64,000 nucleotides of DNA from Pocillopora damicornis. Lineage: Eukaryota. The translations under genes and the position numbers were made by a program. The stretch covers positions 124,001 to 188,000 of the forward strand of contig NW_020845387.1 in assembly GCF_003704095.1 (NCBI RefSeq), read 5' to 3'. The notes under the pieces were generated by a model. That model was given only the letters and a program-made list of their open reading frames with translations. It searched no databases and was not told the origin of the DNA. Shown piece by piece: positions 12,935 to 24,091 of this stretch (position 1 is the first letter of the stretch; every line of letters starts with the position of its first letter).

Positions 12935-14215
12935 AAAATGGTGGCATTCGTTGGCGATTTTCGTAGCTTTTTAAGACAATTTTTCATTAGCCAGGTTACT
13001 CCCTGGAATCTCTAAACGCGGTAAGTAAATAATTACCGAGAAAATTTACAAGCGTGCATGGTTATCGCGGCTAGCGCTGTTGGCAAGAGCTGTTTTCCCT
13101 TTTTCCTGGTCTCTAGATTAGAACCTGCATGTCAGTCTTGAGTTGTTGACAACACTTTATTCCCCTGTTAGACTTCTGAAAGGCCCAGAAGCAGCACGTC
13201 TCTCCTGTTGGCGTGCCAGTTTGGTTTCGTCGAGGTGCGTTTTATAAACGTTACATGTAACCCCTCCCGGCTCCTTTTCGGCCGGTTTAGCACTTCCATC
13301 TTCCTTAGAGAGGTATTTCTTTTGAACTGCTGGGTCACTGGTCAGGGTAAGCCGGAACAACAATGACTATGGTCATATTCCCTTTTGATCTCCGCGAGTA
13401 AAACGATAAAAATGATTTTGGGAAAAAGAGAAATTCTACGTTAATGTGTGCGCCGGAAATAGCGCGATATAGAGATCCACTGCTGCTTAAAGGTTATTGC
13501 GGGCTCTTCGCTCTGAGGAAGAGCGAGGGATCCGTGGTGTGCCCGGCTTTAAATGAGTGGAAGGCTCTCTAAAAGTTACGAAGCGTTTTGCATTCTAAAT
13601 TAAAGTACCTAGGGACTCTTGAGAGTTAATGGAAAGATCGAGGATGGATAATTGGCGGGCAAATGAATAACCATCTTTTCTTCTCGTGAGTATAGAGGCT
13701 TGCTTCGTCGTTGATTTTTGTTGAACCAGGATTCGGCGCCCCCGGCCAATACTTATATCATGATAGGTGAGTGAGATGGTTTTCCTTTAGTGAAGTAACT
13801 TTGGAGGATACTGTTCATGTAATATAAGTGGAGAGTGCATACATAACAGTCTGATTCCAGTGCATGATGTACAGTTCATTTACATACACCATTCTGCGTG
13901 GCTGATGTTATCAGTAATCCAGATATTTAGCTTTGGTAGTTTGTGGTAGACAAGGATGTACAATAAAATTTGAAATTTGGATGATTGATACCGGTATGTG
14001 AATTCAACATCCAATTCGCCAGCATCAAGACATCACTCCAGTGTTATGCCTGTTTAATATGTCCCCTCCCATGGAGGTTTCAGTGGGGTTGGTGTTGGAG
14101 ACTTAGGTTTCTCCACTGAAATAAGGGAAATTACAAGCAGGGAACAATTTAAGTGGCACAGTCTACCACCCTGTTTCAGAAAACAAACCCAACAACACCA
14201 GACATCTCTCAACAT
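12935..14215 (+). ncRNA. Putative 5' region of a non-coding Pol II transcript with structured intronic RNA
   Basis: CpG island; donors G|GTAAGT (13021) and AG|GTGAGT (13767); many hairpins whose G-U pairs form on the + strand; no recognisable ORF. Confidence 0.4.
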
Positions 14216-16213
14216 GTTTATTTTAAGCTCTCATATAATAGTTTTCAGGAACATTAGTAATGTCCGAAAGAGGCTTTAAAAATTCTCTTTTTCCCTAAAC
14301 TACTCCCTATAAAGTAAAAGTCATCATAAAAGGGCCTTTAGTCTTGTTTCTATAATCTTTCTAACAAGACACCATTTACTTAAGTATTTCAGCAAAGGCT
14401 TCTATTAATGTTGCTGTAAAATGTTTGGAAGGGCTTTCACATTAAAATAGGTGTCCTTAGGCCACAACATGACTTAAATGAAATAAATTATATTTTCAAA
14501 TACCTATGATAGAAAATAATAATTGCTGTAAGTTATAATAGTTGCAATTCACTACATAATACACTAGCATTTTTACTAAGCCAAACTGCAGAATGACATA
14601 TATTTATACACCTAATTGCAAATATTTTAGAATTGTGATTGTCCTTCCCTTTTGGTTTTTTTGGCCTGCACCAAAACATGCATTGAATGCTGAACAATTT
14701 TAGACTGTGGATACCTCCTAAATATGAGTACCTGCAAAATTGACAGGTCCTTGGTGTCATAAATTTACCCAAGAAATACTAGCAAATAATAAAGGGAAAG
14801 TAAACTAAATTTTGACCAGTAATTTGGAGGGAGGTTTCCTAAAACATATGCACATATTATTATTTGGAATGGTCAAAGAAACATAGTAACTTTAAAAAGA
14901 GTAATTATGATAATAATATTCATACCTATGGCAAGCCTTACCTTCTCATTCACACTCTTTTGCAACTATTAGATAAGTTGTTTGTAAAATTTGAAATAAA
15001 CTCACATAAGAAATAGCTGTATCTCACTTATTTTCCATCATTAGCTTGCTATGGCCAGTTACTAATAGTCAAGAGGCATCCAAAGGCTCATTGTAAATTC
15101 AAAAGTTATTTAGGAAGGAAACATCTTACTTTATGGTACAAAAATTCCTGCAGCTATTTGGCATAAATATTATCAATTTCAAGAGTTCTTCCTAATAATG
15201 CTTTCCATCATCCCTTGAAAACAGTACATCACGATAAATTGTTGTCCATAGTAACAATCCAGAAACCAATTGAAAATTATAGGATTAATCAAATCTCCCC
15301 AAACTGAATTATCTTGCATCAGGCATGAAGATCTCTAGTGAACCAGCAGTAAGTGCAGTCCTGATAGATTTTCAGGCCTTATCTTCTCTGCATAATTAAC
15401 ATTTTAGTAGGAATCATAAGACTGACTCTTTTAAAGACAAATTCCTTACAGTGCTGAATGCTGCTGTAAAGGAGATGGAAGGAACTGATTATTTCATTTA
15501 TTCTTATCATTTCTGACTGATCTGGTTCATTCTCTGTGTGTTACTTGGACACCTCAAGGGATACACTGTCTATCATTTTGTTTGTGGAAACTATTTGTTC
15601 TTTGGTCATTATAACATAAATACTATTTAGACCTCTGACTACTTCTGTGTAAATACAAAACATTGACAATTAAATCATTTAGGTTTTCTTGTAGAGTTAC
15701 TCATTGTTATGAAATGGTGTTTTATGAATGATAACTTGAGAACTTTTCTGTGCTTGCATCTGCTAAGGTTATTTGGATTATGTAGAAAAACAAACCAAAG
15801 ACAGCAGCTGGATACTGTCATTATTAGGTCAGAACTATTGTGAGCATGTCAAAATTAATAAAGCTTTAAGCCTGCAAAGAAACAGTTGCTGTAATTTATC
15901 ACCAACTTTGATGTATTGATTGACTATTCATTCCACATTATGCTTGATAAGTATTGCAGCTATGCTACCATATAGGTTGACAAAATTTTATATACAACCT
16001 AGGACCTGAGAATTATCATTATTAATTGAGAAGTTTCTTGAATCTGAAATCTCTTAAATTTTATTTCAGGTTTGCTATTCATACTCTATAGGAATGCTTG
16101 GGGCCTGCCCTATTTTACATTGAAAACATTTTTCTTCATTATAAAATACCATGCCTCTGAGCATAAAATACTGATACCTGATAACACCATAAATGCCAAA
16201 CTATGTTGAATGT

Positions 16214-16215
<2 letters not shown>

Positions 16216-16250
<35 letters not shown>

Positions 16251-16266
16251 TAATAGTAATAGTAAT
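16216..16266. repeat. (AAT)n microsatellite
   Basis: Tandem AAT units with a few variants. Confidence 0.9.
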
Positions 16267-16498
16267 GATCATTATTATCATTATAATTTCAATTATTCAT
16301 GACAAATATTATTTCAAGAAGTTGAAAAGGCTAAAATAATAAATAAAAATAAAGTATTTAGGTAGCTGATGTTATAAACTGAAAATTTTGTATAAATTAG
16401 TACCTCACTGCACAGTCACTATCACATCACTGTTTGCCAGGCTGTGAAGGAAGATACATGTAACAGGCATACAATAAGACAAGGTAACATCTCAACAT

Positions 16499-16639
16499 TT
16501 GTCTTCCTCATCCTTCACAATGGTAGAGACTGCTTGAATTGATTTTCATTAACATTTATCATCATGCAAAACCCGAATTCCAAAAAAGAGACAAGATGTG
16601 CAGAAAGAGAAAAATGTCTTAGATATAATTTCTGGGCCA
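16499..16639 (+). repeat. Direct repeat copy 2 (~140 bp)
   Basis: Near-identical to 12309-12450. Confidence 0.95.
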
Positions 16640-17147
16640 AGTAAGAGTTTGACACAGAGACTGGAAAACTAAAATACCCTAGGCCAGATACGAAAAGTTG
16701 CATATTCGTGTTACAGCGTTCAAAAAGGGTGTACAGGAAATTGCTTTTTCTGTCAATATCTGGGTGATTGTTATTATTTATCATGTTCCTTACCCACTAT
16801 ACTTATAATAAATGGCGAGAAGAATGTTATTCTATTGAGGCTAACCAGGATATGTAATAATATGGTGTTCCTTATCTTGAGAGTTATCTCTAAAGTCTTA
16901 GGGCATTGAATATGACATATATTTAGGCGTGGTGCTCATTCTTTGGTTTGCATGATTGATATCATTGTTAGCCATTATGGCTTGTAATAATTCAGAAATA
17001 TATGTAGCTATCTCTAAAATTGCATTTTGAAAATACAAACTGATACTTGTATCAAAGATATTTGAGAACCTTTAATTATTATAAGATCTTCCTTACTGCT
17101 GTTGTTAGTTGACACAGAGAAAGCACTTTTCCTTAATTTGGAAAAAG

Positions 17148-20100
17148 CTAAAAGGATACATTGATATGGCAATATGTTTGTAAAGAAGACATTACAATAT
17201 AAAATATCCAAAGGAAACAAAAGAAAAGTGATGTTGGAAGTTTATAAGATTTGGCACCCCCTAATTCTCCCCCAACTCTTTTACTTCTACGTAGCATCAT
17301 AACAAAAATTGCTGTTACAGCGGTAACACAGAATATAACTACAGAGAAGCCAAGATTACCAGCAGGAACTATAAATTTGACACCTCTTGCCGCTTTGGCT
17401 ATTGCTGCAATAGACCATGCCACCCCCAGGCCAAGGAAAACATTGACAGAATTACTACCAGTCACATTACCAATGGATGAATCTGCATACTCGTCACCAA
17501 CTGCAGCAACTTTGCTGGCAAATGTATCTGTGGAAAATCAACATAACAGTCATTAAAAATTATTGCATCAAGATAAAATACAACTTATGGATGCAGGAGC
17601 TCCCTACTCTCCATTTCCCATCCATCATCTAGCTCTTCATTGCACACACTTTCACTCCTAGAAAGAGGCTCTCACTGTTTCACAATACGACACAATGACC
17701 CTTACAAGGAGTTTTAACAAGACCAAGTTGTTAGTCACTAGGTCACCACATGTCACAATTGTGTTATGAGTTAGATTCAGTGTAAGCACTGCTGCTAGTG
17801 TTTTTTTATGTTTTTACCTGGAAGACTTGTTCCAAGGGCAACAAAGGTAATGGCAACAACACTGTCTGCTAATCCAATGGTACAACCAAAGTGTGAGGCT
17901 ACGTCACCGATGACCATTGTTAACACACCAATCATTACAATAGAAGCAATGAAACAAGCCCATCCACCCCAGATGTCTGTGGGAGGAACAATTGCAAACA
18001 ACAGCTTCCAGAAGACGGTCAGATAGTGCATCATGTAGTCACCATATGTTGGTGTTGTTGGTTCATCACTGTCATCATCATCCCCACTCCCACTAACGGT
18101 CAGAGCATCAGTGAACTGTTCCTTCCAGGAGGATGTACCAACAACAAGAGCTAGATTGGCTTTGACCAGCAATTTGTCCACTGTGTTTTTGAATTCTTTG
18201 CTTTCCAATATGGTGACCTCTGCCTTTGGTACATCACCTGAAATAAATACAGAAGTAAAAAGATTCATTTATAGCATTGACACAAAGTTGTGTGGTTTTT
18301 ATCAAGCAACAAACTGAGCAACCATCTTAAGTAATGAAAGAACTGGGTTTATGATGTGATGTTAATTAATGTGTACAATAATTTAGCTGGCATATATAAA
18401 ACTTTTTGTTCTCTTATAAACATGGCACATTATCTCTTTTCTTTTCCCTATTTTTACATAATATCTTTAGTACCTAATCTTGGCTTTCCCAGTTCTTCAA
18501 GACGCTCCTTTTCTGGATCATATCCCACATCAGTACCAGCTCCACTGTCATCATCTTCATCTTTGACAATCTTTGGTTCCCCAAGGAGAACATAAAAGGT
18601 TTCTTTCTTTTCATATTCTTCGTCGTCTATAATATTGATCTCAATGTTTTTCCTGGTAAAATTAAGACATAAAACTATGATTTTAGGACACTAAGTGTTG
18701 ATTAAGTGATCTCATAGCTTTGGCAACAGCTTGTGAGAGCAAAACTGATCAATGACAAGCAGATCAGAGCAGGGAGTAGTGAAGTACTAGCATAAGTCAC
18801 TGGAAATGAGGAGGCTATACAAAATTGATTTGAGAGTTAAGGTTTTAACATCTCAGTCACACAAATATTAGCCACTATCATATAGATGGGTTTTTATCAT
18901 TTTTATCACCTTTAATTACAAATCACCACAGAATACCAAATAGCAATAGAACTATTTTAGATATAGGATAAAATCTGTACATTCCAAATTATGATATACC
19001 TGTCCAGTATTTTTTTTTAAACTGAGGGCTGATAAAGCTGATGTCTACTGCAGCCAGGAATTTCACTGTAATTAGACATTCATGTGAACACTGTCATTAA
19101 AAAATCCCTTTCCAAATTCTTATTAAATATTTTCTAAGGTGGAAAACTACTGAGGCCAAGATGATAAGGCCACCTAACCTTTCCAAATTTATTTTTCAAC
19201 ATTCTGCATTATTCAAAAAACCTCTTACTGCTGTTCTTTGCAAAATAATGCATTTGTGTGAATCATCAGTGGCAAAGAAGAAATGTAGTCTTTGAAATTA
19301 AAATGAGAATTAGACTTTGTCTTTATAACTTTATCCAAAATTATGCATGCTGTCTTTGAAAATTTTTAAAAAATACTTTACTCAAAGGTTGTAAAAATAA
19401 TCAACACCTGTTATGTATCACATCCCAAACTGACAAAGAAATGCCACCCTTAAGGTAAAGTCCAAAAAGATTCTTTTATAAATGTGATATTTCCAGCAAT
19501 TCATTATGATTTTTTCACGGGTTGTAGCACCACCACAAACATAGGTTTATGTGGGAGTTGCAAAGCAACGTGAGAACTTAAGATCTGAAAAACTGAGAAC
19601 ATATCTACAAACCAAATGAAAGATATGAAGTAAAATCTATAACCAGAATACCTAATTGACTATTTTTTTTATTTTTCTTGTTAAATATTGATGTAACTTG
19701 GCATCCTCTGGGCTAATGTATTTAAGTCACTGATAAACAATTTTGGCAAAAGCAAACAACTTAAATGTAACTTATTCCTGAATTCATTAAATTGTAATAA
19801 ATTAAATTCTGCTCAAAAATTAAAACAAATCAGCCAAGTTTTGATTTCTTTTCCAATGTTTGCAAACATCTTTGTGATTTGTAGTAATAGCTGTATTTAT
19901 TTTTATAGTATACCACACATGCATCCACATTGACACACACATACATACACATATATATATATATAGACACCCATTTTCAAAACCATTACAATTTGAAACT
20001 ATATTTAAAATATATGTACCTTTCTTTCCTCATCAAAAAGGTGATGCATAGTTCATCAATGCAGTTATTGTACTTTCTTTTTGAAAAATTGTCCCTATAA

Positions 20101-23100
20101 TTTATTCTTTTGACACCTTTATAATGGAAAAAGAAAACGTATATATATTTCATATGTATTTTCAAATTGCAATGTTTTGGGAAAGAAATGTAGATGTATA
20201 TAAATACATGTGTATACCTATGGAGGGTAAAATGGCTACCAAATGAACAGCTCTCAGCAAGAGGATTCACAGAAAGCAGATATCTTCTCCGAAATGTGCA
20301 TTAAGTGTTGTTCAGAAACATAGATGATAAACACTTGACTGATCCAGCCTTTTCATGCACAACATTTCGGCCTTTGGCCTTCTTTGAGTGTATTGTATGG
20401 TATTTTAAGTCAAAATTTAAAAATTAAAACAAGCCTTACTTACTCACTCCTACTCTTACTCTATGTGTATGTGTTGAAAAAGAAAATACTGCCATAATCA
20501 AATATTCCATACCCCTCATAATTAAGAACAAATTATTAAAAATGATGTTGAACAAGGATTGGTCTAGAAAGATAAAAACATCCTCATTGGCTTTTTAACA
20601 TGGGTTGTTTATTAGAGAATCATTATTCATTTGTCACCTTGAGCTTGCTATTCTTTAGCTGAAATTAGACCTGTGTTATAAAACCTGCTTTTTAAATCTT
20701 AATTGGCCATAAAATTACCATAGCATTTCTAGTACTGTTCTTTTGTTGGGGATCATATTTACGATATCTGAGGCTTTGTGCTCTAAGAAGAGGAGAAGGA
20801 AAAACCTATATGAGTGGTACAAAACAAACTCTGATCACTTATGTACACGTTTATCTGCTTATAGCCTTTTCACAGCTTTGATAAAAATTTCCATCCATTA
20901 GATCTCATTCCCTGGGATAGCCTCTGTTTATCAGGAGTATTAATATGCAAATTGCTTGTGATGTTGCAGGAAACAAGAGCAATTGTTTTCAATTTGTTGG
21001 GGCTGGTTCAAATATCTTACCGTCAGGCATGGAGAACGATAAGAAGGTTTGGAGTTAAAAAAAAACAACAACAACAACAAAAAACAAAAACAGCACTAAT
21101 TAGAGTTTGCCAACTGGTGCGGCATTGTGACCAAAGTTGAGAAAATGTGTTTTTCGCAAAGTGTGTTTTTGTTTCGCTTACAAAGATCAGGGATTCCACA
21201 AACTTTTACCACACTACCATATGGTGACAGTTTTATTCGATGCTAATTATCCTTCAGAATAAGATATTAATTTCTTTAGTAGAAAACACTCCTCATACAA
21301 AAATAGAGAAAAAAATCCACAGAAGCTGATTTGAAAATTTTACAGGCATGGCACGGAAAGATTGATTCGGTGATATGTTGTTTATTAGTGGAACGATCAA
21401 AACGCTTTTTTTTCGAAATCCTGCCCAGGAAAAGGCGAAGAAAAATATCTTAGGGATCGTTAAATTGTTGTCGGACAAACCATAACATGGACGTGGTGTC
21501 GTCAAAGTTATCTCATTGTTTGCACAAATCAATTCAGTGGCATCTGTCAGCGATATATCAGATAGATGTAAAACGAAGATGGCTTCATCATCGGCATAAG
21601 TCAAATTTGATGAATTTACACGAATTAACAGTAGTCGTTTTAAGAAGATTTGACAAAATGAGGAAGAATGTTGCGATGTAAGGACTACATAAACGTAGTC
21701 GAGCGATTGATCCAAGACCGATTCGTAAAATGCTTCTGACCACTTCAATTGGTTTTTGTAGGCGATAATAACAAAATTTTTGTTTTTGGTCTAAAAAGAG
21801 AGGTGAAACCTCCAAAGTCCTTGCACGAAGCTGGTTGTAAGTAAATAATGTCCAACCTCTCTTTGTAATAATTATTTTTTCGGCTTATTAAATATGTACA
21901 GAAGGACAAAAGCTGATCACATTTACTTGTGTATTAGGTTGTATTAAAGAGTATAAGATTGTAAAGCAGCTTACCAAGTCTCGTCGTTTGAAAACTCAAG
22001 CTCACCCACAGCATCTTCGTAATCATCGCCTCCTCCCTTAGCTGTTCCCTCCATAGTATGGTAAGGGACACGAACAGTGCCGCGCGCACCAGTGTGGCGA
22101 ATAACTTTAATGTTAATGGTTCCATCTGCCTCTGTCACTTGATGCTTCTCTTCCTCAAATGTGAATATCCCTGGGTAGTCATCGTCCAGGATGGTAACTG
22201 TAGCTACTCCGTCTTTACCAACTTTTCCTGCAGGACCTCGATATTTGTTGCGAACCAAATCCCCATCGGCTCCAGCTACTCGAACATTTCCCAGATGGAC
22301 GTAAAAATGCTCGTCTTCTTCAAAGATATCGTCGTCAACGATTACGACTGAGAATGTCTTGGAAGTTTCTCCAGGCCTGAAACAGATTGACCCCTCTGTC
22401 TTCTCATAGTCCTCACCGGCCTTTGCCGTGCCGTCCTCTGTCCTGAAGTCCACGAAAACCGTGTTATTCGGATCACCGCCAGTGCGTGAAATGTTCATAA
22501 ACACACTTCCACAGTTTTCTTTAACAATGTAATGGACGGGGTCAAAATTAACCCTGACAACCTGTGGGTCTTCGTACTCGATATCTTGCATTTCCATCTT
22601 AGTGTCTGCCAAGGAACTGCTGGCCTTCTCAAGTTTTTCGTGCTTCATCTTCAACACATTTCCGCTGCCGACCATCTTGCGTGTGGCTTCGATTCGATAG
22701 AACGCACGACTTTTTGGTTGAAGTTTCAAATTTTCTTGCTCAAGTAATCGCTCAACGGTTTCACGGTCGGCGTCGGGATGTTTCTGTCGTATGTCCTTTA
22801 GGGCTTGAATGGCCTTTTCGCGCCTGTCCTCCGTCAGGTCATGGAGAAGCTCGTCATCATCAAACTGTTGTCCGGCTTCGGCGGCGCCAGGTTGGTAGCG
22901 ACCATCGGCTACGTTTCCGTCGATAAAACCATCCTTTACTTGAACTCCAACAACATCGTAATCGCCTGTTTGAATGACTGTCATACCTCTGCGCTTCTGT
23001 TTTCTTCTACCCTTTCTCAGTGCTCTGTAGAACAACAGCCTTCGGTCTGCAATGTAGGCAGAGATGACCATAATCGGAAAGAAAGCCAGAGTCAGGAGAG

Positions 23101-23755
23101 CTTCCCATATTTCGACTTCATCTTTAGACGACACTGCTAGTATGATGTACAACCAAACATAGGCAAGAACTGACGTGGAGGCTGTGATGGCAAACACTCG
23201 CAAATGTTTGATTCGGCGGCATTCTCCATCAGGAATAACATAAACACAAACTGCAATGATAATCAATAGGTTGAAAGCTGCAGAACCGACTATCGTCGAC
23301 GGACCGAGCTCTCCAGCGTCAAAATTATTTCCACAAATTTCAATGGCAGATAGCAGAATTTCGGGAGCTGACGATCCCAGGGCCATGAGAGTTAAATTTG
23401 ACACAGTCTCGTTCCATATTTTCACAGTAACAATTCGCTCCTTTCCAGTTTGCTTGTCTGTTACCCTGATTTCCTTCTCCTTCGATGTAATTATTTCAAT
23501 AGCCGACATGAAGCGATCGGAGATTATTGAAACGCCCAAAAACAAAAACAGTAAGGCAAGCAAATACACAAACGCTCGCCCAACAATTACTCCTGTAGAA
23601 GGATTGCCTCCCCATACAGGCAAAACAATCCCCGGTTTACACTCTGTTCTTAAACCCTGGCATCCTTCAGTTGCGTTCACGGTCTGTTGTAGAAAAGCGC
23701 ACCATGTAACAAAAATTACGCCCGAATGAAGCGCAAGCCTTTTAGCGTAGGACAT
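17148..23755 (-). CDS. SLC8A: Sodium/calcium exchanger (NCX, SLC8A family), 4 coding exons
   Basis: Signal peptide; alpha-1 repeat LMALGSSAPE; XIP region RRLLFYRALRK; Calx-beta CBD1 (DDDIFEEDE) and CBD2 (IIDDEEYEK); alpha-2 repeat ALGTSLPD...GNVTGSNSVN. Exons 23755-21975, 18652-18474, 18237-17818, 17527-17148. Confidence 0.96.
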
Positions 23756-24080
23756 GTTTAGTGGCACTCTACATCTGTGAATGATATAAGTGTGAATTTA
23801 GAGACAATAGTCAACTTCGATTCCTTCCGACCGTGGGCTGTTGACCGGACACCGCGAAATCGCCAGAGCCCAATGAATATTGTGAGCCGAGTTTTGTTCA
23901 AACAGCGATCTCTGGTGCGTAAAACGCATAGAGATGTCTTTTCACATTCAAATTATCGTCAGCAAGATGCCAGCTGCTTTCATTCTTACTGGTTGGTAAG
24001 AGAAAAGACAACCTACCAAGCAACTCACAGCGCTCACCAATTGAAAACAAGTTGTATTTGGAATGTATATATTGGTGGGC

Positions 24081-24091
24081 TGCGCATGCGC
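24081..24091. promoter_or_regulatory. NRF1-type palindrome in the probable SLC8A promoter
   Basis: TGCGCATGCGC with nearby ATTGG (CCAAT) boxes about 330 bp upstream of the NCX ATG. Confidence 0.45.

Noticed and set aside
12359-13015. Overlapping 171-aa and 127-aa ORFs
   Set aside because: They run through a low-complexity MITE and homopolymer tracts; no recognisable domain.
13380-13645. Paired GATC motifs reminiscent of 7SK
   Set aside because: Internal T4+ runs are incompatible with a Pol III transcript, and 7SK-like termini are absent.
21293-21748. 151-aa minus-strand ORF containing YADD
   Set aside because: No other reverse transcriptase motifs and non-coding-like composition; probably a chance intronic ORF.
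22058-23729. Several plus-strand ORFs opposite NCX (similar ones oppose the TFAM-like gene and ATRIP)
   Set aside because: Antisense shadows of real coding exons.
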